IMG/VR virus record: IMGVR_UViG_2928929829_000001
Coordinates: 16 to 64,015 of that record
DNA length: 64,000 bases
Source of the DNA: a virus
Strand: one strand, 5' to 3'
Position 1 is the stretch's first letter. Every line of letters starts with the position of its first letter. The notes under the pieces were generated by a model, which was not told the DNA's origin, ran no database searches, and saw only the letters and a list, made by a program, of their open reading frames with translations. A program made the position numbers and the translations under genes. Shown here in pieces: positions 1-9,561 of this stretch.

Positions 1-147
1 ATCGAAGGGCACTGGACCATAAATGGAAAAAGATACCCGCAATTAACAGAAGCCGAAAGACTAGCGTTTAACGGCTTTTTTCATACCACAAATTTAGTGT
101 ATGAAGAACTTTATGCGGAAAGACACCGCAAAGTAGTGTTGAATTAA
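1..147 (+). CDS. 3' end of a hypothetical protein running in from the left edge
   Basis: Frame 1 is open from base 1 (IEGHWTINGKRYPQL...KVVLN) to TAA at 145-147, directly before the next gene's leader. Confidence 0.6.
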   Translation: MEGHWTINGKRYPQLTEAERLAFNGFFHTTNLVYEELYAERHRKVVLN

Positions 148-161
148 AAAACCCTTTAAAA

Positions 162-1535
162 ATGTCAGTAACAAAAGAAATAAAAAAAGAAGAAGTCTTC
201 AACCTCGATTTGTTCAGAGTTGAATCTATTAAAGAGATACAAGGAAAAAAGGAGCTTCAACTACAGATAGTAAAAGACAATCCTTACATTGTTATCACAG
301 GCAACGAGACTTTTACCGAAGCTAAGAAAAACCGAACAAACTTAGTAACCGCAAGAACTTCTCTAGTAAAAGAAAAAGCTTCTGTAATAAAAAAAATCAA
401 AGAAGTAATCACTATTCCAGTCGGACAGACTTATGATCATCTTATCGAAATTACTAAGCCGCACGAAGAGAAACAACAACTTGAAGTTGACCGCTGGGAA
501 AATATCAAGGAAGCAGAACGTAAGGAGAAACTTAGAAAAGAACAGGAACGTAAAGACAAACACTTAAGTAACATCCGCTCGATTGTTTCTTTTAATACGG
601 AAAAAATCAAAAATTTGACCTACGAGTCTAGTTTAACTTTTGAAGTAAAAGCGATATTGGATGATATCGAAGTTTCTTACGAAATATTTGAAGAATTTGG
701 CACTACCCTACTTAGCGAATTAGAAGCTCTAAAATTTACACTTTCAACTCGAAAAGATACTTTAAAAGAACAGGAAGAAATTCGATTAGAAAAACTCAAA
801 CTAGCTAAAGAGCGGTTGGAGCAAAACAGAATCCAAAAAATAAAAGATTCTATTACTGAATTTTACACCACTTGGACGGTTGCTTTTTCTAAGATGACAT
901 TTGCTCAGATAGCTGATACAAAAGAAAACTTTTTAGCAGTAGCAATACACTGTGAAGAATTCCAACCTGAATTTGCTGAAAAAAGAGCCTTACTCGTTAA
1001 AGATTTTGAAGCAAGAGAGGTGGTGTTGAAAGAACAAGAGAAACAAAGACTTGATCTTGAAAAACAAAAGGAGCAACAAGCTAAAATCGCAGCTAAAAAC
1101 AAATTAGCACAAGACAAGATTGATGCGGGAAACAAAGCAAAACAAGACAAGTTAGATGCTAGCCAAGCTATCTTGGATACCCAAAAAAAAGAACTGAAAA
1201 TTGAAAAGGATAATCTTTTAAAAGAGCAACGAATCCTTGTCTTAAAAGAAATCGGTTTTGATGATGATTTAGCATTAGATCTTCCACATCTTAAAATTAT
1301 TTTTCCGGAAGAAGATCTATTAACAACGGACGAAGAATTTAAAGATTTTATACTAGACTTAAGATATAAAATCCTTAACCCTCCTACTCCAACTATGGAA
1401 GTAGATTACGAAGAGCCGGCATTGAATGAAACACAAGAAGAATCTAAGCTGTTCTTAGAAAGCTTCTGTGATTTCTGTATCAATAATCACGGTACGATTT
1501 CGAAGGAATACATTGTCGAATTTTTAAAGCAATAA
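162..1535 (+). CDS. Coiled-coil protein, DUF1351/Gam-like N-terminus
   Basis: 457 aa, E/K/Q-rich helical; N-terminal 'AKKNRTNLVTARTSL..K...I...V...YDHLIEITKPHEEK' pattern; sits before the SSAP/exonuclease genes. Confidence 0.5.
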   Translation: MSVTKEIKKEEVFNLDLFRVESIKEIQGKKELQLQIVKDNPYIVITGNETFTEAKKNRTNLVTARTSLVKEKASVIKKIKEVITIPVGQTYDHLIEITKPHEEKQQLEVDRWENIKEAERKEKLRKEQERKDKHLSNIRSIVSFNTEKIKNLTYESSLTFEVKAILDDIEVSYEIFEEFGTTLLSELEALKFTLSTRKDTLKEQEEIRLEKLKLAKERLEQNRIQKIKDSITEFYTTWTVAFSKMTFAQIADTKENFLAVAIHCEEFQPEFAEKRALLVKDFEAREVVLKEQEKQRLDLEKQKEQQAKIAAKNKLAQDKIDAGNKAKQDKLDASQAILDTQKKELKIEKDNLLKEQRILVLKEIGFDDDLALDLPHLKIIFPEEDLLTTDEEFKDFILDLRYKILNPPTPTMEVDYEEPALNETQEESKLFLESFCDFCINNHGTISKEYIVEFLKQ

Positions 1536-1537
1536 CG

Positions 1538-1819
1538 ATGGCTTGTTTCTTACAAATTGAATTGAGCGATGAGCAACTGAGAACAATCGCGTTGCACATT
1601 CAAAAGGAAAATAAAATGGATCAATTCTTCTTGCCTAAAACAAGAGACGAAGAATTATCGGAAGAAGTTTTAACACTTAAACAAGTATCCGAATTAACTA
1701 AAGTTAATACGCGCACACTTCTCTCTCATATTAAGTCCGACCTTCTAAAAGCTCACAAAGTAGGCTCACAATGGCGAGTTACAAGAAAACAACTAAAAGA
1801 TTATGCCGAAGGAATCTAA
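1538..1819 (+). CDS. Excisionase-like (HTH_17) DNA-binding protein
   Basis: 'EVLTLKQVSELTKVNTRTLLSHIKSDLLKAHKVGSQWRVTRKQL' is the MerR/Xis-like winged HTH pattern. Confidence 0.8.
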   Translation: MACFLQIELSDEQLRTIALHIQKENKMDQFFLPKTRDEELSEEVLTLKQVSELTKVNTRTLLSHIKSDLLKAHKVGSQWRVTRKQLKDYAEGI

Positions 1820-2060
1820 TTTCTGCTATACCGACCATGATTCGGAAGCAATCGCACATTTAGAGCATGAGCAATACCAACAATTACCAGCGGCTATTAA
1901 TTACGGAGAAACAGAACTTCGGATAATTATTAACCTTACAACAAAGCAATACTGGGTAAGCTGCAAGGTTTCTCTAAATCACAACACAAGAATAGCTCAA
2001 GGTTACAATAAAACAATTAATTACAAACCCTTAGATCAAATAAGAAAATGGGACAGATAG
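1803..2060 (+). CDS. Hypothetical protein
   Basis: 85-aa ORF overlapping both neighbours in a tightly packed operon. Confidence 0.6.
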   Translation: MPKESNFCYTDHDSEAIAHLEHEQYQQLPAAINYGETELRIIINLTTKQYWVSCKVSLNHNTRIAQGYNKTINYKPLDQIRKWDR

Positions 2061-2995
2061 CTATATCAGAACAACAACAATTAGTTTCTATTGAAATGAA
2101 CGCGCAAATTACGGCTGTTCTTTCTAACAAAATGCAAGACTTTCAAAAAGCTTTTGTGATGGCAGGAGCAATTGAAAGAATCCGTGAATTATTAACGCCA
2201 GAAGTAATGAAACCTATAATGGCATTACAAGGTTCAAAACTTGGATTTAGAACCGACAAAGATAAAAATGAAGGTTACACAATGCCAGAAGTAAAAGAAT
2301 GTTTAATCGAATCCTTACTTTTAGGACTACAGCCATACGGTAATGAATGGAATATCATCGGAGGTAACATGTATCCAACTAGAGAAGGATTTGGTTCGTC
2401 ACTCGCTAAAATTGAGGGTTTAAGATATAATATATCTTATCCTAAAATTATCCAAAGTCAAGACAAACTAACTGCCAATGTTGTATGTAAAATAGATTGG
2501 CAACTTAACGGAGACAGCAAAACACAAACAATAGATTTTCCGGTCAAATCTAATGCTTATGCAACAGCAGATGCTTTAATTGGTAAAGCTGAAAGAAAAT
2601 CAAGAAGATGGCTTTATAATCATATCAAAGGAACCGATATTTCAGATGGAGATGCAACGGATGTAGATTTTTCAGTTGTTAGTTCTAAGCCCTTGAATAA
2701 GGAAGGAATTATTCAAGAAAAGGAAAAAAACAGATTAAAATCACATATTGAAAAAGCAACAAAGCTTTCAATCCTTCATCAAGTAAAAACGCTAATTCCA
2801 TCTGATGATTTAGAAATTCAAGAATTGTATTCGGACAAAGAAGATATACTTGCGGTTGAAGCAATCCAGGGAGTACAAGATCTTGAAACTCTTTCAAAAT
2901 TAAGTCCGCTTATTGAAAAAGACGAGCATATCATCATGTTAGACGACAAGAAAAAAGAGCTAGAGCAAAAAGCTAAGAATGCTAAAAAAGCATAA
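2048..2995 (+). CDS. RecT/Red-beta-like single-strand annealing protein
   Basis: 'CLIESLLLGLQPYGNEWNIIGGNMYPTREG' resembles the RecT core; paired with a downstream exonuclease. Confidence 0.65.
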   Translation: MGQIAISEQQQLVSIEMNAQITAVLSNKMQDFQKAFVMAGAIERIRELLTPEVMKPIMALQGSKLGFRTDKDKNEGYTMPEVKECLIESLLLGLQPYGNEWNIIGGNMYPTREGFGSSLAKIEGLRYNISYPKIIQSQDKLTANVVCKIDWQLNGDSKTQTIDFPVKSNAYATADALIGKAERKSRRWLYNHIKGTDISDGDATDVDFSVVSSKPLNKEGIIQEKEKNRLKSHIEKATKLSILHQVKTLIPSDDLEIQELYSDKEDILAVEAIQGVQDLETLSKLSPLIEKDEHIIMLDDKKKELEQKAKNAKKA

Positions 2996-3416
2996 ACTCA
3001 AAGAGTGTCACAACCCAGATTGCTCAAATACTTTCAAACAGTATAATTCATTACAAAAATACTGCTCCCCTACTTGTCAAAAGACACACGCTAAACCAAA
3101 GCGTATAAACAAGGTTTCCAAAAAACGCAAAGAGGATAACGAAATCTATTCAATTATCCGATTAGAATTCCTTTCGAAAGAATACAATCAAATCTGTTTT
3201 ATCGAAGAATGCAACAGACCCGCTACGAGTGTAGAACATACTCGTGGTAGAATCGGCTATGCTGATGATTGGGCAAGAGAAAACGATATAACTCTTTTTC
3301 TCGATGTGCGCTTTTGGAAACCTTGTTGTATAGAACACAATCTCGAACTGGAGAACAATTCCGAGTTATCAAAAAAACATCAACTAAGCCGAATTCACGG
3401 CGGCAAAAAAACATAA
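2979..3416 (+). CDS. NinG/HNH-like zinc-binding nuclease
   Basis: CxxxxC..CxxxC N-terminal cluster plus 'CFIEECNRPATSVEH...CCIEHN' HNH-like segment. Confidence 0.55.
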   Translation: MLKKHKLKECHNPDCSNTFKQYNSLQKYCSPTCQKTHAKPKRINKVSKKRKEDNEIYSIIRLEFLSKEYNQICFIEECNRPATSVEHTRGRIGYADDWARENDITLFLDVRFWKPCCIEHNLELENNSELSKKHQLSRIHGGKKT

Positions 3417-3418
3417 TA

Positions 3419-4360
3419 ATGCAAAAGAAAACAATATCTAAAGTTATCACTAAGAAGTTAAATGAGTGGTTAGAGACTATTACTGATGAATCTTTAAGAA
3501 AAAAAGTAAAAGAAAACCTTTTAGTTTCTGGTGGTTCAATTACCTCAATGTTCTTAAATGAACCTGTAAACGATTTCGATATTTACATTCAAGATATGGA
3601 TGTTTTAATTGAATTAGCTATGTACTACATGCCGAATGACGTACTAGATGGAAGAAAAAAAGATGAGCTCATTCTCGATCATTACATTAAAAAGTACGGG
3701 AATCTAAACTGTGCTAAAAAAGAATTAGAATCTCTAAATGAGGATTTATCGGAACAAACCGTTAGACTAAAAAATCTAAAGCCCAATCAAGTAAAGTTGA
3801 ATGTTGAATCTTCTGGTCAAAGAATGCAGATTGATGAAAATAAAAAATATCAAATCGCATTTCTTTCTCAAAATGCAATTTCATTAACTGATGATATTCA
3901 AATAGTGCTACGATTTAGCGGTGCTCCTGAAGAAATTCATAGTACATTCGATTTTATCCACGCTACCAATTACTTCACTTTCGAAGATGGAGTTGTTACA
4001 AACCTACAAGCTTTAGAATCACTTATAAGTAAGGATCTAAAATATCAAGGTAGCCAATATCCGCTAACCTCAATTATTAGAATTAAAAAGTTTCTTAAGA
4101 GAGGGTGGACTATCAATGCTGGTGAAATGCTAAAAATGATGTTTCAAATTTCAGAATTAAATTTAAAAGATCCTGTTGTGCTTGAAGAACAATTGATAGG
4201 TGTAGATATTGCGTATTTCGACAAGCTAATTGATGTTATAAGAGATGTTCCTCGAGACAAAATAAACTCCAATTACATAAATACTATCATCGATAAAGTC
4301 TTTTCGCAATACGAGGAAATTGAAGAAACTCCTAAAGCAGCTTCAAATTCAAATGACTAA
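3419..4360 (+). CDS. Phage nucleotidyltransferase (Pol-beta fold, CCA/poly(A)-polymerase-like head)
   Basis: 'SGGSITS...VNDFDIY' GG/DxD motif, then 'TFDFIHATNYF' and 'YPLTSIIRIKKFLKRGW'; start re-assigned to ATG 3419 behind the upstream stop. Confidence 0.7.
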   Translation: MQKKTISKVITKKLNEWLETITDESLRKKVKENLLVSGGSITSMFLNEPVNDFDIYIQDMDVLIELAMYYMPNDVLDGRKKDELILDHYIKKYGNLNCAKKELESLNEDLSEQTVRLKNLKPNQVKLNVESSGQRMQIDENKKYQIAFLSQNAISLTDDIQIVLRFSGAPEEIHSTFDFIHATNYFTFEDGVVTNLQALESLISKDLKYQGSQYPLTSIIRIKKFLKRGWTINAGEMLKMMFQISELNLKDPVVLEEQLIGVDIAYFDKLIDVIRDVPRDKINSNYINTIIDKVFSQYEEIEETPKAASNSND

Positions 4361-4589
4361 ACCACAAATCAATGTTACAGTAAAAGGACGAAACGCATTT
4401 ACAGCTTATTATGCTAATGTAAACGGTATCAACTACGCAAAACCACCTCTTTACGAAGTCATTGAAATAGTTGGTAAGAGATATCGAAAAAAGTATCTCG
4501 GAGAGTGCCGAAGCAAAGAAGAATTTATTCAACAAATCGAACTACACCAGAGTAGTTTAAATCCCGGAACACTATGTCAAAACCCTTAA
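4353..4589 (+). CDS. Hypothetical protein
   Basis: MTKPQINVTV... ORF overlapping both neighbours; start re-assigned to 4353. Confidence 0.55.
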   Translation: MTKPQINVTVKGRNAFTAYYANVNGINYAKPPLYEVIEIVGKRYRKKYLGECRSKEEFIQQIELHQSSLNPGTLCQNP

Positions 4590-5527
4590 TATTTACAAAC
4601 TGGATGGCTCGTTGCTCTAGTTTAGGCAACATTATGACCAATCTTCCAACCGAAGATGAACAAGCAAAAATAGCGCTCGAAATTGAAGAGTTAACAAACG
4701 AAAGAGACTACGGACTCAATAGAAATGGAAACAAAGTCAAATGGACCGAAACAAAAGATTTGCGACTTGGAGTTTTAATCAAAAAACGAGACAATCCCGA
4801 CGAGTTACCTTCTGGAGCAATTACTTATTTAGAGAAAGAATTTAGAGATAAGTTTTGGAGAAGAAGACGTTTTTTAGATAACAAGTATCTAACAAAAGGA
4901 ACTATAAATGAGGATGATTCTCTTGGACTTCTATCTCAACTTGACAATTTCTTTTATCGCAAAAATGACGAGCATCTTAGCAACGGAACTATTCAAGGAA
5001 CACCCGACAATCGCCAAAACAAAACAAAAGACACCAAATCATCTTGGGACTTAGAAACCTTTGAAAATGCCGAATTGATTAGCCTTTATTCATGGCAATT
5101 AAAAGGCTATATGTGGCTAGAGCATAGCTACGATAATCCCGAGTTAAAGACCAAAACAGAAGCCGAATTATGCTACTGTTTAGTCAATGCCCCACTCCAT
5201 TTAATTAACAATGAGAAAAAATCATTATGGTATAAGATGAATATGCCAGAGGAAGAAGAAGAAACCTGGATTAATGCCGTTTGTCAGTTGGAAAGAAACA
5301 TGATTTTTGACATACCAGCATTTCAAGCAGAATATCCAAATTATGATTTTTATAACCCAGTACTCGACTTCTCAATTCCTGCCCATTTAAGAGATAAACG
5401 TTTTTCTGTTAACCTAGAGTCGGAAGATATAAAAAACATCACTAGGCGCGTCCTGATGGCTCGAGAATGGCTAATTGCTAAAGAGATTGAAACCCTAAAG
5501 CTTATCGAAGATGGAAAAACCAACTAA
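4574..5527 (+). CDS. YqaJ/lambda-exonuclease-like PD-(D/E)xK exonuclease
   Basis: 'RCSSLGNIM', 'KGTINEDDSL', 'GTPD', 'DTKSS', 'YSWQLKGYMWL' motifs. Confidence 0.8.
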   Translation: MSKPLIFTNWMARCSSLGNIMTNLPTEDEQAKIALEIEELTNERDYGLNRNGNKVKWTETKDLRLGVLIKKRDNPDELPSGAITYLEKEFRDKFWRRRRFLDNKYLTKGTINEDDSLGLLSQLDNFFYRKNDEHLSNGTIQGTPDNRQNKTKDTKSSWDLETFENAELISLYSWQLKGYMWLEHSYDNPELKTKTEAELCYCLVNAPLHLINNEKKSLWYKMNMPEEEEETWINAVCQLERNMIFDIPAFQAEYPNYDFYNPVLDFSIPAHLRDKRFSVNLESEDIKNITRRVLMAREWLIAKEIETLKLIEDGKTN

Positions 5528-5903
5528 AGCCCTATCTATTAAGCAACCTTGGGCGGAATTAATCGCTTTAGGGATAAAGAATATCGAGAATAGAACTTGG
5601 AAAACGTCCTTTAGAGGGCGTTTTCTTATTCACGCATCCAAAGTACCTGACAAGGATCATTCATTAACTGTAGCGCAAGATAGAGCAACTATTGATATTG
5701 AAGAATTAGATTGGTCGCTTGGATGTATCATTGGCGAAGTTGACTTGGTAGATTGTGTTCAAAGACACTCATCTATTTGGGCAGATCGTGGCGAAGGAAT
5801 TTGGCATTACGTTTTGGACAATCCAATAATGTATGACAAACCTATTCCGGTTAAAAAAGGTGCTTTAGGATTCTGGAATTATAAACCTGAAAATGAAGTT
5901 TAG
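5511..5903 (+). CDS. ASCH domain protein
   Basis: 'ALSIKQPWAELIALGIKNIENRTWKTSFRGRFLIHAS' signature. Confidence 0.9.
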   Translation: MEKPTKALSIKQPWAELIALGIKNIENRTWKTSFRGRFLIHASKVPDKDHSLTVAQDRATIDIEELDWSLGCIIGEVDLVDCVQRHSSIWADRGEGIWHYVLDNPIMYDKPIPVKKGALGFWNYKPENEV

Positions 5904-6005
5904 ATGGAAACATTCCTAAAAGCAATAGAAGACCACCAAGATGCAGCACTACTAATATTAATATTTCTAGCGCTGATTTGTTCAATCATTAAAGACAACA
6001 AATAA
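5904..6005 (+). CDS. Small membrane peptide (33 aa)
   Basis: METFLKAIEDHQDAALLILIFLALICSIIKDNK; starts right after the ASCH stop; its TAA overlaps the next ATG (TAATG). Confidence 0.55.
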   Translation: METFLKAIEDHQDAALLILIFLALICSIIKDNK

Positions 6006-6379
6006 TGCATGTAATCGGCAGAATAAAAGCAATACATCAATCACAACAAGTAAGCCAGTCGTTTACTAAACGTGAGCTAGTAGTAACAACAGAGGAACAA
6101 TATCCACAACATATCATAATTGAGTTTACTCAAGACCGTTGTGATTTATTGGATTCATTTCAAATCGGACAACCGGTAAAAGTATCGATCAATTTACGTG
6201 GCCGAGAGTGGGTTAATCCACAGGGAGAAACCAAATACTTTAACTCTATTCAAGGTTGGAAAATTGATGCTGAGAATTCGGCCCCGAGATACGATCCTGT
6301 ACCTGAAAGTGCAGTTGATAACTACATGGGCAATAAACCTCAATTCAATGAGGAAGAACACGACGATTTACCCTTTTAA
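6005..6379 (+). CDS. ssb: DUF3127-family single-stranded DNA-binding protein
   Basis: 'FTKRELVVTTEEQYPQHIIIEFTQD...VSINLRGREW...YFNSIQGWKI', acidic 'DDLPF' tail. Confidence 0.85.
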   Translation: MHVIGRIKAIHQSQQVSQSFTKRELVVTTEEQYPQHIIIEFTQDRCDLLDSFQIGQPVKVSINLRGREWVNPQGETKYFNSIQGWKIDAENSAPRYDPVPESAVDNYMGNKPQFNEEEHDDLPF

Positions 6380-6405
6380 ATAAAACCCTTTAAAAACTTT
6401 TAAAA

Positions 6406-7101
6406 ATGGATTTCAATAAACAATCACAAATTGCTATTAACAAAGTCATAGCTGAAAAACTACCAGAAATGTTAGAAGCCAAAGCTTCTGAAATGATAAG
6501 TTCAATAGTAAGTGATATCTTCAGAAGTTATGGAGATACCGCTAAATCTATCAAAGCAAAACTTGAAGAAACCATTAATGTCAATCTTCAGGAACTAGAT
6601 CTAATCGATTACAATACGTTAATTGCTAAGACCATTAATGACAATTTACTTCAACAAGTAAATTTACAGCCAATACTTGACATGACTCAAGATATCATCG
6701 GCTTCGTTAATAAGAAAACAATCACTCTTCAAGAGATTGCAGATATTATAATCGAAGCAAGTCAGGAAGAAAACGATCAAGAAGGTGAAGGTGAAATCAC
6801 TTTTATAGTAAACGAGAATACCAAATATAATTGGATAGAAGTGTATGCTGATGTTGATCCGGATAAGAAAGAATATGAATGTACTTTTAAATTTATTCTT
6901 TCTTCAGAAGGCTCAAGAGAAGGGCAGATTTTCTCTTTTACGTACAAAGATACTTGCGATGATAAGGCAAAAGAGATAACTCCTTCAAAACTTGTTTCCT
7001 TACACGGAATTGAAGCCAAAATATTTAGACTTTATTCCGCGCAAGTAAAAATAACTGATTATAACAACACTCCTGACATTTACTGGTCCCGTTGGGATTA
7101 A
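6406..7101 (+). CDS. Hypothetical protein
   Basis: 231-aa acidic ORF with a good AT-rich leader. Confidence 0.7.
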   Translation: MDFNKQSQIAINKVIAEKLPEMLEAKASEMISSIVSDIFRSYGDTAKSIKAKLEETINVNLQELDLIDYNTLIAKTINDNLLQQVNLQPILDMTQDIIGFVNKKTITLQEIADIIIEASQEENDQEGEGEITFIVNENTKYNWIEVYADVDPDKKEYECTFKFILSSEGSREGQIFSFTYKDTCDDKAKEITPSKLVSLHGIEAKIFRLYSAQVKITDYNNTPDIYWSRWD

Positions 7102-7113
7102 TTCACTTTAAAA

Positions 7114-7311
7114 ATGGCAAGCAAAAAACGAAGAAAGCCCGAATCCGAAGATAGACACATTACTATTTTCGAAGAAGCAGTGATACTAAAAAATGAAGCG
7201 ATGGGAATTATTCCATCGCTTCTTTTATTAGAACAAGAGAAACTCAATAATGGTTTTACTTGGCAAAAGAGAGATCATAAAACAAGAGTGCTTACTAAAA
7301 AAGAGACCTAA
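7114..7311 (+). CDS. Hypothetical protein with basic N-terminus
   Basis: 65-aa ORF ending just before the initiator ATG. Confidence 0.6.
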   Translation: MASKKRRKPESEDRHITIFEEAVILKNEAMGIIPSLLLLEQEKLNNGFTWQKRDHKTRVLTKKET

Positions 7312-7312
7312 A

Positions 7313-8161
7313 ATGGCTACAGATAAAAAATCTTTTTTATTGTATTCCGATATAGAATCCACTTTAGATTTATTATCAGACGAGCAAGCAGGGTGCTTAT
7401 TTAAAACAATTGTCAGATACGTAAACGACAAAGACCCAATTCTTACCGATCCATTACTAAAAATTGCTTTTGAGCCGATTAAACAAAGTCTAAAAAGAGA
7501 TTTAGTTAAATACGCGAATATCAAGCAGAAAAGGTCGGAAAACGGAAGAAAAGGAGGTTTAAAAAGTGGTGAATCGAGAAGCAAAACAGAAGCAAACGAA
7601 GCAAATGCTTCAAGCGTGAAGCAAAACGAAGCAAACGAAGCCGTAAATGATAACGGTAACGTTAACGTAAATGATAACGTTAATGTTATTCTTTTAAAAA
7701 AAGAAACAAAAGGGGAATTTGAAGAAAAAAACAAATCCGAGAATATTCCTTCCGAAACCGATTTAAAAACCCCTGAAATAAAAAAAAGAAAAAAAGTTGC
7801 GCCAAAAAAAGAAAAGGCGCAAATCCCGCCCGTAGAAGACTTCTTAAACTATTCACTTCAGATAATCCAAGAAAACAATTTGGGCGATCCAGAAAGCGCT
7901 ATCTATCCCCTAACAGCGAAGTATGATAGCTGGATCGAAAACAATTGGCGCGATGGGCACGACAATCCAATCAAAAGTTGGAAAACGAAAATAAAAAACA
8001 CAATTCCTCACTTGAAGTTAAAACCTGTTCAATATGGAGAAACAAAAACCGAAGACCGAATCATTGGCCGTCAAACATTCGACACCGTCAAATCAAATTC
8101 GGAAAACATACAGCACTCAGCTGACTACTATCGAAACCTTTTGCGTAAAAAGCCCGATTGA
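7313..8161 (+). CDS. Replication initiator (DUF6291 N-terminus, lambda O-like)
   Basis: 'KKSFLLYSDIESTLDLLSDEQAGCLFKTIVRY...KRSENGRKGG' then an NVNV linker; start re-assigned to 7313. Confidence 0.75.
   Translation: MATDKKSFLLYSDIESTLDLLSDEQAGCLFKTIVRYVNDKDPILTDPLLKIAFEPIKQSLKRDLVKYANIKQKRSENGRKGGLKSGESRSKTEANEANASSVKQNEANEAVNDNGNVNVNDNVNVILLKKETKGEFEEKNKSENIPSETDLKTPEIKKRKKVAPKKEKAQIPPVEDFLNYSLQIIQENNLGDPESAIYPLTAKYDSWIENNWRDGHDNPIKSWKTKIKNTIPHLKLKPVQYGETKTEDRIIGRQTFDTVKSNSENIQHSADYYRNLLRKKPD
7578..7686. repeat. Iteron-like repeats inside the initiator gene (candidate origin)
   Basis: GAAGCAAA at 7578, 7589, 7598, 7618, 7628 plus GAAGC at 7637, followed by two GTAAATGATAACG copies. Confidence 0.6.
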
Positions 8162-8948
8162 TTTTGTAAGAAGTTCTTATTCTCAAATGACAATTCGAGA
8201 AAGACTACAAGATGATGATGGACTAACAATTCTAATCAACCAAGCTTTGACTAAATCAATTGGTCTGTCTGGGATGAAGGAAAAGACAGACCAATTGATG
8301 CTCGATGAAATCATCAAAATGCTTTTCACGGTTTATGATCATTTAACACCGGATGAAATTTATAAAGCCTTTGAATTGGAGCGAATGCGGATGTACGAAA
8401 CAAAAACCGAACACTTTCAATTATTCGACACTGGTTACGCAGCAGAAATTCTCAAAAAATATTTGGATTGGAAAATTGATATTAAAACGAAGTACAACAT
8501 TACTAAGTCAAATTCACTTCCTGCAAATACATTACTGCTCTCTGAAACTTCCGATTCGGAAAAGAAAAAAATAATGGATCAGGCAATTACAAGATGTTTT
8601 GAAGAGTTTGCCAATCAAGGAAAAATTAACCATCCATTTGTTCACGTATTTGATGAATTGGTTGATAGGAAATTCATTAAGAAAGCTACTGAAGATACTC
8701 CGAGATTAAAACCATGGTATGATGAGCGAAGAATTATTGCTCATGCCGAAGTTGAAAAGGAACTTCTAGCTCAAGCTGAGAATAACAAAGACAACTCTAA
8801 GAAAGTGAAAAGCATTCGTGACGAATTGAATCTACTGCTAGACAACAAATCTAATAAGGTTGAAATCAAGCTATTCGAAATCGTTTTACGGGAGTTCTTC
8901 CAAAAACGAATCGATTTACAGCTTCCGATAGAGGAACTACTGAAATAA
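8034..8948 (+). CDS. Replication-associated protein (lambda P-like position)
   Basis: 304-aa ORF overlapping the end of the initiator; no Walker motifs seen. Confidence 0.45.
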   Translation: MEKQKPKTESLAVKHSTPSNQIRKTYSTQLTTIETFCVKSPIDFVRSSYSQMTIRERLQDDDGLTILINQALTKSIGLSGMKEKTDQLMLDEIIKMLFTVYDHLTPDEIYKAFELERMRMYETKTEHFQLFDTGYAAEILKKYLDWKIDIKTKYNITKSNSLPANTLLLSETSDSEKKKIMDQAITRCFEEFANQGKINHPFVHVFDELVDRKFIKKATEDTPRLKPWYDERRIIAHAEVEKELLAQAENNKDNSKKVKSIRDELNLLLDNKSNKVEIKLFEIVLREFFQKRIDLQLPIEELLK

Positions 8949-9012
8949 CCCACAAAAAAATATTGCAAAACCAACCGTTCGTGAATACCGAACTGCTCAA
9001 CTATTTTATAAA

Positions 9013-9561
9013 ATGAACCAAAATAAAGAAACACAACCGAACTTAATTATCATCAAGAAAGGCGAACTATACTACAATGGTCCTGATAACCATTTTTATA
9101 CTCAACTAGCAAACGCGACTTGGTGCAAAAACCCAGCTCAAGCACTAGCAATAATTCAATCAAGAAATTTAATTGGCGCGGTACCTGTTAAAATCTCTGA
9201 ACACGATTATACCTATGCGAAAGCTAACGCAATGACTAAGATCATTTTGCTTTCGGAGACATTATCAAAGTATTTACACGAAGTCGGCTCTAACCTGCCA
9301 ACTAAATCACAAGTAAATAAGTTAGCTGCTAAGCAAATGAAATTGACATCACAGCAATTGATGTTGATCAACCCCGATTTTAATCACTTTTTGAAAGTTC
9401 GTGAAGATGATACTTTCGACGTATTAGGACATTTCGAAGCCTTTATTCAGGAACTATCTCAAGTAGAGTTATACGACACTCCGAACCTAACCGGTATTCT
9501 TCAAGCTTATAAAAAAGACCCTAAATCTGTGATTGGGATTTGTAAAAAGATTTTGAAATGA
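9013..9561 (+). CDS. Hypothetical protein
   Basis: 182-aa ORF; ATGA overlap with the methyltransferase. Confidence 0.7.
   Translation: MNQNKETQPNLIIIKKGELYYNGPDNHFYTQLANATWCKNPAQALAIIQSRNLIGAVPVKISEHDYTYAKANAMTKIILLSETLSKYLHEVGSNLPTKSQVNKLAAKQMKLTSQQLMLINPDFNHFLKVREDDTFDVLGHFEAFIQELSQVELYDTPNLTGILQAYKKDPKSVIGICKKILK

Noticed and set aside
7643-7686. AACGTT/AATG microsatellite as a phase-variable tract
   Set aside because: It encodes the NVNV linker typical of this initiator family and stays in frame.
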